A program made the translations under genes and the position numbers. Positions 7,458 to 16,126 of a DNA stretch of 64,000 nucleotides are shown here, piece after piece (position 1 is the stretch's first letter; every line of letters begins with the position of its first letter). The notes beneath the pieces were generated by a model. It was not told the origin of the DNA, did not search any database, and saw nothing but the letters and a program-made list of their open reading frames with translations. This DNA is from a virus (taxonomy: Duplodnaviria > Heunggongvirae > Uroviricota > Caudoviricetes): positions 39,913 through 103,912 of IMG/VR virus record IMGVR_UViG_3300016476_000468. One strand, given 5' to 3'.

Positions 7458-7706
7458 ATGAATTATCGAGATTATTTTCTGCGACGAGATGCGGGACTCC
7501 CCCAACCTAAGTGGGTATATGGCGATCGTGTATTTGCTAGGTATTGTAAGATTCCTACTGTTGGTATGGTAATTCGTGAAACCCTAGACGAGGATGGACG
7601 TAAAGTAGTGCTGATGATGGCTGACTTGCCCGTACGGATTGATGGTGAGAATCGATCGGTATTTTTCGTTAATCCCCGAGATGTAAAACGACTAAAGGAA
7701 CTGTGA
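7458..7706 (+). CDS. hypothetical protein
   Basis: ORF directly after the promoter. Confidence 0.7.
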   Translation: MNYRDYFLRRDAGLPQPKWVYGDRVFARYCKIPTVGMVIRETLDEDGRKVVLMMADLPVRIDGENRSVFFVNPRDVKRLKEL

Positions 7707-7888
7707 TGGAACCGACCCATGCCGAACTGATGGAACTGTGGAAAGTTTGTCAAAACTTTGTGGCTCAACACGAGATTGGTTGCGCCGAGTCGATCTATCA
7801 ATCAGATCGAGTTATGATTGCTGCACCTGAACTGGTAGAGGAAGTTTGTAATGTTGTGGGCTATAAACCCTATGAGGATGAAGAATGA
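7703..7888 (+). CDS. hypothetical protein
   Basis: Coupled ORF. Confidence 0.7.
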   Translation: MMEPTHAELMELWKVCQNFVAQHEIGCAESIYQSDRVMIAAPELVEEVCNVVGYKPYEDEE

Positions 7889-8076
7889 ATCTGTTTAAAA
7901 TTGTACCCATCTTCATTGGTGTAGTCTTTTTCATCATTGTTGCTTGGTGGATCTTTATTGGATTTGTAGTCTATAAGGGTGCCACTGAGGTGCGGGAGAA
8001 TGGTGTTGCTGGTATTGTCCATGATATCTGGTGTGGTAAGAAAACCGATTGCAAAGTTCCTGGAGTTGAGCAGTGA
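7885..8076 (+). CDS. single-TM membrane protein
   Basis: N-terminal hydrophobic helix. Confidence 0.7.
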   Translation: MNLFKIVPIFIGVVFFIIVAWWIFIGFVVYKGATEVRENGVAGIVHDIWCGKKTDCKVPGVEQ

Positions 8077-8381
8077 AAGTCTATTACATCCCCAACATCT
8101 GGGAAAATCAAGAACTTGATATCGAGGATGCGCTAGAGTTCGAGACGAATCGAGACATCCATTCCGCTAGGGGTGGCGGTTACGATGAGTTTGAGGTAGA
8201 GTGGCTTATTGAGGAAATCTCTAAGAAATACTTCTACGATCACGATGGTTGGGAAATTGAACGCACTTGGTCTGGCGAGGGTATCACCTTTGCTCTCTGG
8301 GATGAAGATCAAAACTTTGTTGGTAAGTATTCTTCCACTCTGGAATATGATCCGACTTTCTACTGTAGGAAAATTAAATGA
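8073..8381 (+). CDS. hypothetical protein
   Basis: GTGA-coupled ORF. Confidence 0.7.
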   Translation: MKVYYIPNIWENQELDIEDALEFETNRDIHSARGGGYDEFEVEWLIEEISKKYFYDHDGWEIERTWSGEGITFALWDEDQNFVGKYSSTLEYDPTFYCRKIK

Positions 8382-8706
8382 TTGGCTTGACCTAGACTAC
8401 GAAACAGCAGATCGTATTGTGCGATTGAGTCTGACCGAACATCGAGATTATCTGCAAGGTGAGTTAGATCAATACTACGCTACTCAGGATACCCAGGATC
8501 CGTATTGGCTTCATCCCGAAGATGTAGACAATAACCATCTGTTGATCAAGCGTATCAATTCGTTGTTACAATATTATGGTGGAGAACTATATGGCGAACG
8601 TCAAACAAGGCAATCTAAAACGTCCCCCTCAATGGTGGAAGCATCTGCGAGACTGGAAGCGTATTTTCTGGAAATCGGAACGCAAGGAACACAAGAAGGC
8701 AATTAA
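8347..8706 (+). CDS. hypothetical protein (LDYETADRI...YWLHPEDV family), ends uncertain
   Basis: Protein-like core 8380-8590; the nearest in-frame ATG (8347) and the stop (8706) both overlap neighbours. Confidence 0.5.
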   Translation: MIRLSTVGKLNDWLDLDYETADRIVRLSLTEHRDYLQGELDQYYATQDTQDPYWLHPEDVDNNHLLIKRINSLLQYYGGELYGERQTRQSKTSPSMVEASARLEAYFLEIGTQGTQEGN

Positions 8707-8722
8707 AAATGACTTACCGTAA
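8591..8722 (+). CDS. small basic Trp-rich protein (MANVKQGNLKRPPQWWKHLRDWKR...)
   Basis: GGAG RBS at 8581; 43 aa. Confidence 0.65.
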   Translation: MANVKQGNLKRPPQWWKHLRDWKRIFWKSERKEHKKAIKNDLP

Positions 8723-8849
8723 GTATTACTGGACTCATGCCAAGCGTCAGATCAGCGTGGCGCTAGAGATGATTTGGTTCGGAGTAATACTAGATCGTGG
8801 GCATCACTCAACTTGGAAAAACAAAAATGAACATCGCCGTAGATTTTGA
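8709..8849 (+). CDS. small hypothetical protein (MTYRKYYWTHAKRQ...)
   Basis: 46-aa open frame bridging its neighbours. Confidence 0.5.
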   Translation: MTYRKYYWTHAKRQISVALEMIWFGVILDRGHHSTWKNKNEHRRRF

Positions 8850-9141
8850 TGACACTTATACACGCGACCCTGCAATGTGGAATGACTTTATTCGTCTCGC
8901 ACAACAGTTTGGTCATAACGTGTATTGTGTAACTGCACGTGCCCATGCGCAAGATGCAGAAGTTCTTGGCTCAATCGGCAAGGTTGTTGGTCCACAGAAT
9001 TGTTACTTTACTGCAATGCAAGGTAAGCGAGCATATATGTGGGCTAACAAGGTTCGCATTGATGTATGGATTGACGATATGCCTGATATGATTGTCAACG
9101 GTATCGAGCATGTTAACGATGGACAGATTATTCTCCCATGA
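8827..9141 (+). CDS. HAD-superfamily hydrolase
   Basis: IAVDFDDT, CVTAR and WIDD motifs. Confidence 0.75.
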   Translation: MNIAVDFDDTYTRDPAMWNDFIRLAQQFGHNVYCVTARAHAQDAEVLGSIGKVVGPQNCYFTAMQGKRAYMWANKVRIDVWIDDMPDMIVNGIEHVNDGQIILP

Positions 9142-9302
9142 GTGAACAAGAAATCTTGGATCTGTACGCAGAGCTAGAGGAACACTACGGTGAAAATCTG
9201 GCAAACCCAGAACATTATCCCAGACAGTTTGCTCATCAGATTAAACTTTATCTGTACTACAAGGGTCGGCTAAATAAAGAATCGGACAAGGAGACATCGT
9301 GA
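9138..9302 (+). CDS. small conserved phage protein (54 aa)
   Basis: ATGA-coupled; NPEHYPRQFAHQIKLY. Confidence 0.6.
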   Translation: MSEQEILDLYAELEEHYGENLANPEHYPRQFAHQIKLYLYYKGRLNKESDKETS

Positions 9303-9556
9303 AAAGTTTAACAGGTTGGAAAGTTTACGAATATACTACAAACACTGGTGCAAGTAACACAGTGGTAGTAGGATTTGACGCAGACGATAAAAAGGGTATA
9401 ATTGAACCTGTCATCTCTCATGGTGATGGGATGATTAACGATTACAAGGTTTACGGCACAGCCAACAACCACTGGGCGGGTGCAAAGCAGTTGTGGCTAG
9501 ACTACTGCACTGCGAACAATGTTAATTCTATCAAGGATGTTTCTAGTCAATACTAA
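9299..9556 (+). CDS. hypothetical protein
   Basis: AAGGAG RBS, GTG start. Confidence 0.7.
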   Translation: MKSLTGWKVYEYTTNTGASNTVVVGFDADDKKGIIEPVISHGDGMINDYKVYGTANNHWAGAKQLWLDYCTANNVNSIKDVSSQY

Positions 9557-9570
9557 AATGTGAGTTTATT

Positions 9571-10503
9571 ATGAAAATTGGTGTGTGCTCTGATCTCCAC
9601 TTGGAGTTCGGAGATTTAATGTTAAAGAATGAAGACAATGTAGATGTACTGATCCTTTCAGGCGACATCCTTGTCGAAAACGACCTACAGATCTACGATC
9701 GTCGTCAGATCGATATGGGTTTTATGCAAGCACGTTCAGTTCGTTTCCACGAATTCTTTCAACGTGTTTGTTTCCAATTTCCCCATGTAATCTACGTTGC
9801 TGGTAACCATGAGCACTACCATGGAGACTTTGCGCACACGATCGCTAATCTCAAGCGCAAGCTGGCTCACTACACTAACCTTCACATTCTTGATCGTGAA
9901 GTGTTTGATCTTGGCGATGTTCGTTTTATCGGTTCTACCCTGTGGACTGATATGAACAAAGAGGATCCACTCACTCTGCATGCAATGAAGAAGATGATGA
10001 ACGACTTCCGTTGCGTTCAAAACTCTAACAAGGTTGTTAACTTCAGAACTACTGAACCTGTTGATAAGCCAGTTGGTATGACTGACGCTGAGTGGATTGC
10101 ACAACCTCATGAGAAACGTGTCAAGACAGTCTTTAAGACTCGTCCTGCTACATTCTCTCCAGAGGATGCAGTTGAAGAACACCGTAAGTGTCTTGGTTAC
10201 ATCAAGACTGTGTACGAAGACACGCCTCCTTGGAAGAGCATTGTCGTTGTTGGTCACCATACTCCTTCTCACACATCTTGCCATCCACGTTACAAGGATG
10301 ACCAGATTATGAATGGTGGTTATCACAGCGATCTGTCTGAATTCATTCTTGATCGTCCAGGAATCAAGCTGTGGACTCATGGTCACACGCATGAGTATTT
10401 TGACTATATGATTGGCAGCACTCGTGTTGTTTGCAACCCACGTGGTTACGATGGCTACGAAGATATTGCTGATAATTTTAAATTGAAAGTGGTTGAACTA
10501 TGA
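9571..10503 (+). CDS. calcineurin-like metallophosphoesterase
   Basis: SDLHLEF, GDI, GNHE, GHHTP and HGHTH motifs. Confidence 0.9.
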   Translation: MKIGVCSDLHLEFGDLMLKNEDNVDVLILSGDILVENDLQIYDRRQIDMGFMQARSVRFHEFFQRVCFQFPHVIYVAGNHEHYHGDFAHTIANLKRKLAHYTNLHILDREVFDLGDVRFIGSTLWTDMNKEDPLTLHAMKKMMNDFRCVQNSNKVVNFRTTEPVDKPVGMTDAEWIAQPHEKRVKTVFKTRPATFSPEDAVEEHRKCLGYIKTVYEDTPPWKSIVVVGHHTPSHTSCHPRYKDDQIMNGGYHSDLSEFILDRPGIKLWTHGHTHEYFDYMIGSTRVVCNPRGYDGYEDIADNFKLKVVEL

Positions 10504-10844
10504 GAACATATACACCCGATCATTGGGTTATGCTCAAGCTAACATATAAAGATAAACCTATCTACAAAATCCTTGCGGGATGGAGTGGTAGCTATCTTTA
10601 TGGCGCTTCTTGGAAATTGAACAGTGGGGTTACCCGTGTTGAAGACACTGGTGACTCTTACTTGTTCCATGGTTCCAGCGGCAGCGTCTATGAATGTCGC
10701 AAAAACAGTTACGGTCTTTCTGGTTACACCGCTAGTGTGTTAGATTCTTTCTACAAAGATGCAGAAGATAATGAAGATCTGACAATTGAGTGTCTCCACG
10801 AAGATCAAACCGATTTTATGGGTATTGATTATGGCAACGATTAA
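10500..10844 (+). CDS. conserved phage hypothetical protein
   Basis: YTPDHWV...WSGSYLYGASWKLNSG. Confidence 0.75.
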   Translation: MRTYTPDHWVMLKLTYKDKPIYKILAGWSGSYLYGASWKLNSGVTRVEDTGDSYLFHGSSGSVYECRKNSYGLSGYTASVLDSFYKDAEDNEDLTIECLHEDQTDFMGIDYGND

Positions 10845-11127
10845 GCTAGAGACTGATCCATCAACTGGCGACCTGATTTTACCGCTGTCAGACGAATTAA
10901 TGCGTGAAGTTGGGTGGAAAATTGGTGATACTATTCGTTGGACTGAGCAAAAAGACGGTTCTTGGCACTTAGCTAAGGTCAATCAGCAGTTAGAACTTGA
11001 TTTTGACGAAAAAGATGACGCAATTTTATCACTTTTGACCGAAAATCAGCAACTTAAACACGAAAATGAAAATTTAAAACGTGAAATTAAAGAAATTTCT
11101 CAACGTTTTGAAGATGATTACAAATAA
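10831..11127 (+). CDS. AbrB/SpoVT-like DNA-binding domain plus coiled coil
   Basis: GDLILPLSDELMREVGWKIGDTIRW. Confidence 0.6.
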   Translation: MATIKLETDPSTGDLILPLSDELMREVGWKIGDTIRWTEQKDGSWHLAKVNQQLELDFDEKDDAILSLLTENQQLKHENENLKREIKEISQRFEDDYK

Positions 11128-11138
11128 TTGGAGTAAAA

Positions 11139-11513
11139 ATGAGTAAAACATTCACAGATGTGTCAGTTTTTTTGCGTGCAGTCGGTCAAAACGTGCCAAA
11201 TAAGCCTGTCGGACCAACTTCTCAGTCAGATTTGTACAAAAAATTGATTGATGAAGAGTATCAAGAGTTTCTAGAAGCATTTTACACAAAAGATACCACT
11301 GAAGAAATTGATGCTTGCTTTGATATGATGTGGGTTATCATCGGATATATGAAATCTCGTGGTTGGGATTGTGAAAATATCTGGGATGAGGGTGCAAAAT
11401 CCAATTTATCCAAGATTGACCCCAATACTGGATTGGTTCGTCGTCGTGAAGATGGCAAAATTCTCAAGCCAGAAGGCTGGCAACCGCCAAATTTCACAAA
11501 ATTTACTTCTTGA
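11139..11513 (+). CDS. MazG-like/PRA-PH nucleoside triphosphate pyrophosphohydrolase
   Basis: IDEEYQEF, EEIDACFD, SNLSK and DGKILKPEGW motifs. Confidence 0.85.
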   Translation: MSKTFTDVSVFLRAVGQNVPNKPVGPTSQSDLYKKLIDEEYQEFLEAFYTKDTTEEIDACFDMMWVIIGYMKSRGWDCENIWDEGAKSNLSKIDPNTGLVRRREDGKILKPEGWQPPNFTKFTS

Positions 11514-11517
11514 GGTG

Positions 11518-11546
11518 TTGACTTGCAAGATTTTTCCAGGTATAAT
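11518..11546 (+). promoter_or_regulatory. sigma70-type promoter, probably leaderless
   Basis: TTGACT-17-TATAAT with ATG at 11553. Confidence 0.75.
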
Positions 11547-11552
11547 CCTATT

Positions 11553-12041
11553 ATGATTACACTTTACCTTGATATGGACGGTGTCCTTGCTGACTTCAAC
11601 AAGGAATACACCAAATTTGATCCCCAAAAAGAAGATCGCAAAAAGTTTCGTGATGCTGTGATGAACCACAACATCTTCGAAAAGCTGGATTTTATGCCTG
11701 ATACGCAAGAATTGCTTAATCACGTTTCGAGACTCTCGAATGTTGATATTCAAATTCTTACATCGATGGGTACTCATGAGACTACCCAAGCCACTATGGC
11801 TCAGCTACAAAAGCTAAACTGGCTCAATGCGAAAAATATTCCATATCGTGCCAATTTCGTGCACAACAAACAAGAAAAAGCAAAGTATGCAACTCCAACG
11901 TCAATCCTGATTGACGATTCTATCGGTTGTATTAATCCATTTATTGCTGCAGGTGGTCACGGAATTCTTCATAGTCATGCCGCTGAGACTATTAAGATTC
12001 TAGATACGACTATTCTCCAGATTAGGGCTGTCAATGCTTGA
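11553..12041 (+). CDS. 5'(3')-deoxyribonucleotidase (HAD, NT5C-like)
   Basis: YLDMDGVLADF and ILIDD motifs. Confidence 0.85.
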   Translation: MITLYLDMDGVLADFNKEYTKFDPQKEDRKKFRDAVMNHNIFEKLDFMPDTQELLNHVSRLSNVDIQILTSMGTHETTQATMAQLQKLNWLNAKNIPYRANFVHNKQEKAKYATPTSILIDDSIGCINPFIAAGGHGILHSHAAETIKILDTTILQIRAVNA

Positions 12042-12321
12042 TATTTTCAAACCAACATTACAATGGATTCGTGATGATTTTAAGTCTCACCCAGTTCGCT
12101 TTGCTATTGAGTTGCTTGCTTGGGCTATTAGCATTGGTTGTAGTATTACTATGGCGCTCACAGTCCCGAATCCTCCGCTTCTGGCTCTTTATCCTGTTTG
12201 GATTACTGGTTGTGCCTTGTATGCTTGGGCTGCTTGGACTCGGAAATCTTTTGGCATGTTGGCTAATTACATTTTGTTAACAACTATTGATACTATTGGT
12301 TTGATTAGGATGATTCTGTGA
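12034..12321 (+). CDS. membrane protein
   Basis: Three hydrophobic segments. Confidence 0.75.
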   Translation: MLDIFKPTLQWIRDDFKSHPVRFAIELLAWAISIGCSITMALTVPNPPLLALYPVWITGCALYAWAAWTRKSFGMLANYILLTTIDTIGLIRMIL

Positions 12322-12584
12322 TGCAATTAACTAATAAGAAAATTTATCCACCCCAACCCCAGCTACCTGTTCTGCCTATTGACTTTGTTAAACCTGTTTC
12401 TTATGAGTTTCGTGTGGCAGAAATTGTTGACGAAAACAATAAGATTGAAACTGTTAAACTGCAAATGCAAATTTGGGAACACGACGAGTTTGGTTCAGGT
12501 ACAGTGAAAACTTATTGGCACGATGTGCCTCGTGTCAGATTTAACAAACAAGGTGAACTACTAATCCCAATGAATGCAGTATGA
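12318..12584 (+). CDS. hypothetical protein
   Basis: Coupled ORF. Confidence 0.7.
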   Translation: MMQLTNKKIYPPQPQLPVLPIDFVKPVSYEFRVAEIVDENNKIETVKLQMQIWEHDEFGSGTVKTYWHDVPRVRFNKQGELLIPMNAV

Positions 12585-12775
12585 GATTTTGGTTAATTTG
12601 GGCTAGAGCAACGGGACATCTAATGGGTCGTACTGATGACGACAAACCAGATGTCCCTGTTTTGACTTTACGTGAAGCAAAAGTAGCCTTGCTTTTGAAA
12701 ACTTTTTGGGTAATAATACATGTTATTACCTGCTTTTTTATTATTGCGAACTTTTTCTACACACATATATTATGA
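12581..12775 (+). CDS. small membrane protein
   Basis: C-terminal TM helix, coupled. Confidence 0.65.
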   Translation: MRFWLIWARATGHLMGRTDDDKPDVPVLTLREAKVALLLKTFWVIIHVITCFFIIANFFYTHIL

Positions 12776-13794
12776 CACAAGGTAAAATTGGTTTTGCTTG
12801 CAAGTGGATCGACACAGCAGATCAAGTTGACGGCATTAAACCAAAAGATGACGCACGAAAGTACAGCACTGGAACTACTACTGTTGCTTGGCTCTCTCGT
12901 CAATCTCGTGATGTAGCAGAACAAAAGCTGCTTGATGTCACTAAACAAAACCTGCAGAACACCATCAATCTTGTTAGTAAGGTTGCTTCTCTTCCAGAAG
13001 GCTTGCGCATGGTTCGCCTCAGCAGCGAAATTCTGCCAGTGTACACGCATGCTGACTGGTCTTACTTTTACCAGCAACAACAGATCCAACGCATACTAGA
13101 ACTTGGTTTTGCCAAGATCGGCGAAATTGCACGTAAACACGGTGTGCGTCTTAGTTTCCATCCAGGTCAGTTTTGCGTACTTGCCTCTGAAAATCCTGGT
13201 ATTGTTAACAACTCTATCGCAGAGTTCGAATACCATGCTGACATGGCACGTATGATGGGATATGGCAAAACATTCCAAGACTTTAAGATCAACGTACATA
13301 TCTCTGGCAAACTTGGTCCAGATGGTATCCGTGCAGCGCACAAGCGTCTTTCTCCCGAAGCACGTAACTGGATCACTATCGAAAACGAAGAAAACGCATG
13401 GGGTCTTGACGATGCTCTTGAGCTATCAGACTTGCTACCGATTGTTCTAGACGTTCACCATCACTGGTGTCGTGAAGGCGAGTGGCTTGACGCAGACGAC
13501 GTTCGAGTAAAACGTGTTATTGACAGCTGGCGTGGTGTTCGTCCTGTGCTGCATTACTCTATGAGCCGTGAAGATTATCTGGTTGATCACTGCCCCAACA
13601 CCAAGCCAGACTACACGAAACTGCTAGAGAATGGCTACAAAAAAGCTAAGCTACGTGCACATTCTGATTTCTATTGGAATAATGCAGCCAACGATTGGGT
13701 TCTTTCGTATACTAAAACGCACGATATTATGTGCGAGAGCAAAGCCAAAAATTTGGCAAGTTTTGCTCTTTACGAAACACTAAACAGTCGTTAA
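12772..13794 (+). CDS. uvsE: UV damage endonuclease (UvsE/UVDE)
   Basis: GFACK, RLSSEILP, LSFHPGQFCVLAS, TIENEE and LDVHHH motifs. Confidence 0.9.
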   Translation: MTQGKIGFACKWIDTADQVDGIKPKDDARKYSTGTTTVAWLSRQSRDVAEQKLLDVTKQNLQNTINLVSKVASLPEGLRMVRLSSEILPVYTHADWSYFYQQQQIQRILELGFAKIGEIARKHGVRLSFHPGQFCVLASENPGIVNNSIAEFEYHADMARMMGYGKTFQDFKINVHISGKLGPDGIRAAHKRLSPEARNWITIENEENAWGLDDALELSDLLPIVLDVHHHWCREGEWLDADDVRVKRVIDSWRGVRPVLHYSMSREDYLVDHCPNTKPDYTKLLENGYKKAKLRAHSDFYWNNAANDWVLSYTKTHDIMCESKAKNLASFALYETLNSR

Positions 13795-13822
13795 AAGCAT
13801 AAATACAAGGTAAGGAGATATT

Positions 13823-14065
13823 ATGCCGACGTATGAATTCCGCAACAAAGTAACAGGCGAAGTTACCGAGCACTTTATGAAGATGAGTGCTAAGGATGAT
13901 TTTCTCGCCGCAAATCCCCATCTTGAACAGACACTAACGCAAGCACCTGCGTTTGCTGGTGATCACATCACGCTCAAGAAAGATACGGGATTTAAGGAGG
14001 TGCTACAAAAAATCAAGGAACGAAACCCTCGCAACGATTTACACAAAACTTCATCACAACTATAA
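13823..14065 (+). CDS. FmdB-like small phage protein
   Basis: MPTYEF start; late-type ATAAATA at 13799-13805; AAGGAG RBS. Confidence 0.7.
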   Translation: MPTYEFRNKVTGEVTEHFMKMSAKDDFLAANPHLEQTLTQAPAFAGDHITLKKDTGFKEVLQKIKERNPRNDLHKTSSQL

Positions 14066-14075
14066 AGGGGTTTAA

Positions 14076-14849
14076 ATGGCTCGAAAAGCAGCAGTTGCTG
14101 TAAAGGCAGTAAAAGATAATGAACAATGTGAGCCAAAAGTAAAAACAGTGAATAATCATTTGAAACTAAGAATAGATGACTTAGAGACATTTGATCCGTT
14201 AACAGAAAATCAAAAATTATTTTTTGATGCGTATAAAAGAGGAGATTATTTCGTAGCACTCCATGGAGTTGCTGGAACAGGTAAGACTTTTTGTGCGTTA
14301 TATAAAGCCATTGAAGAAGTCCTAGATAAATCAAATCCATTCAACAAGATTATCGTGGTTCGTTCTGCGGTTCAATCTCGTGAGATTGGTCATCTTCCAG
14401 GAGACGTTAATGAGAAGATGGAAATTTATGAACAACCATATCGTCAAATTTGCGAAACTTTATTCAGACGCAAAGACGCATGGGATAGATTAGAAGAACA
14501 AGGTCACATTACATTTATTTCTACATCATTTATTCGTGGTATGAGTTTCGATGACGCTATCATCATTGTTGATGAGATGCAAAACTTGACCTATGAAGAG
14601 ATTGATACCGTTATGACTCGTGTCGGTTATCGATCTAAGATTATTTGGTGTGGCGATTATCGTCAGACAGACTTGAACAAAAGAAAGAATGATGTCACAG
14701 GTATTTTGAAATTCTTTGACATCGCTCAACACATGAGTGCGTTTACTCGTATTGAGTTTACTGTTGACGATATCGTGAGAAGTTCTCTCGTGAAAGACTA
14801 TATTTTGGCTAAACTTAAATATGAGGATTACCATGAGAAGAAACAATGA
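14076..14849 (+). CDS. phoH: PhoH-family ATPase
   Basis: GVAGTGKT, IGHLPG, FIRGMSF, IVDEMQN, GDYRQTD and DIVRS motifs. Confidence 0.95.
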   Translation: MARKAAVAVKAVKDNEQCEPKVKTVNNHLKLRIDDLETFDPLTENQKLFFDAYKRGDYFVALHGVAGTGKTFCALYKAIEEVLDKSNPFNKIIVVRSAVQSREIGHLPGDVNEKMEIYEQPYRQICETLFRRKDAWDRLEEQGHITFISTSFIRGMSFDDAIIIVDEMQNLTYEEIDTVMTRVGYRSKIIWCGDYRQTDLNKRKNDVTGILKFFDIAQHMSAFTRIEFTVDDIVRSSLVKDYILAKLKYEDYHEKKQ

Positions 14850-15466
14850 TCACAGCGGAGCAATTTCACAAACTATTCCCACGTAATCCTGAGCCAGCTG
14901 TTTGGGCAGAGGCAATGGCAAATGTCTTTCCAACATACGAGATTAATACACCACAACGTGTTGCAGCTTTCTTAGCTCAATGTGGTCACGAATCTGGTGG
15001 ATGGACTACGTTTGAAGAAAACCTTAACTATTCAGCGCAAGGTTTGAGAAAAATTTTTGGTAAGTATTTCCCTAACGATGAGTTAGCTTTGGCTTACCAA
15101 CGTCAACCACAAAAGATTGCGAATCGTATCTATGCTAACCGCATGGGTAATGGACCAGAGGAATCTGGTGATGGATTCAAATATCGTGGTCGTGGACCAA
15201 TTCAGTTAACTGGAAAATCGAACTATACTGCATTTGCTAAGGATATGTTCGAAGACTGGCAAAACGTAGTTGAGAATCCAGACTGGGTGACGTATGATAA
15301 AGATTTCGCATTGATGTCTGCTATTTGGTTCTGGAACAAAAACGGATTAAACAAAGAAGCAGACGCAGGTGATATCAAGACGATGACTCGCAAGATCAAT
15401 GGTGGTTACATTGGACTTGAAGATCGAATTAAACATTATAATGAGTGTATCCACGAACTGACTTAA
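14846..15466 (+). CDS. glycoside hydrolase family 19 endolysin
   Basis: FLAQCGHESG, ENLNYS, YRGRGPIQLTG and TRKINGG motifs. Confidence 0.9.
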   Translation: MITAEQFHKLFPRNPEPAVWAEAMANVFPTYEINTPQRVAAFLAQCGHESGGWTTFEENLNYSAQGLRKIFGKYFPNDELALAYQRQPQKIANRIYANRMGNGPEESGDGFKYRGRGPIQLTGKSNYTAFAKDMFEDWQNVVENPDWVTYDKDFALMSAIWFWNKNGLNKEADAGDIKTMTRKINGGYIGLEDRIKHYNECIHELT

Positions 15467-16119
15467 TGAAAACTTTTATACATCATGATTTCCCCAAACT
15501 GGAACGTGACACAAGCCCCGATGGCACTAGAGTCTACAAGACGCCATCGGGTCGAGCCTATCCTTCCGTCACAACCGTCACCTCACTCCACAACGCAGAA
15601 GGAATCGCAAAGTGGCGAGCAAGAGTTGGCGCAGAAGAAGCAAACAGAATCTCATCAAAAGCAAGCGCACGTGGAACAAGAATCCACTCTCTCTGCGAGG
15701 CATACCTCCGCAATGAGAGATGTGAGCCTGACATCTTCGATAAAGAGTTATTTGGAAGTATTGAACAATGGCTCGGAGACATAGACAACATCCACGCACT
15801 AGAAGATCCTCTGTATTCAGATTATCTACAAGTTGCAGGAACTGTTGACTGTATTGCTGAGTTTCAGGGGAAACTTTCGATCATCGATTTCAAGACAGCC
15901 AGCAAGCCAAAAGACAGAGACGATATCTACAACTACTTTATGCAAACTGCAGCGTATTCGGTTGCATTTGAAGAACGTACTGGAATCCCTGTTGGTAGAC
16001 TTGTTATCATTATGGCAGTCGAAAATGACGATCCTCGTCTGTTTATCGAAAAGCGTGATAACTGGATCGGTGGTTTTAGAAAATTAAGACTTGACTACAA
16101 GAACAAGTTCGGGGTATAA
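15466..16119 (+). CDS. PD-(D/E)xK exonuclease (MGME1/Cas4-like)
   Basis: YPSVTTV, RGTRIH, AGTVDCI, IIDFKT and QTAAY motifs. Confidence 0.85.
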   Translation: MKTFIHHDFPKLERDTSPDGTRVYKTPSGRAYPSVTTVTSLHNAEGIAKWRARVGAEEANRISSKASARGTRIHSLCEAYLRNERCEPDIFDKELFGSIEQWLGDIDNIHALEDPLYSDYLQVAGTVDCIAEFQGKLSIIDFKTASKPKDRDDIYNYFMQTAAYSVAFEERTGIPVGRLVIIMAVENDDPRLFIEKRDNWIGGFRKLRLDYKNKFGV

Positions 16120-16124
16120 TAAAT
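16091..16124 (+). promoter_or_regulatory. overlapping sigma70 and late-type promoters for tmRNA
   Basis: TTGACT-18-TATAAT running into ATAAATA. Confidence 0.7.
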
Positions 16125-16126
16125 AC

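Larger units (their letters stand above)
6980..7500 (+). repeat. cluster of GGGACTCC direct repeats
   Basis: Copies at 6980, 7040, 7063, 7130, 7297 and 7493, plus GAGACTCT variants near 7018 and 7181. Confidence 0.85.

Noticed and set aside
8722-8791. 9-bp inverted repeat suggesting a structured ncRNA
   Set aside because: It lies inside the plausible 46-aa ORF 8709..8849, and the inner pairing is weak.
14076-14849. phoH as a novel auxiliary gene
   Set aside because: It is widespread in aquatic T4-like phages, and nothing atypical was seen here.
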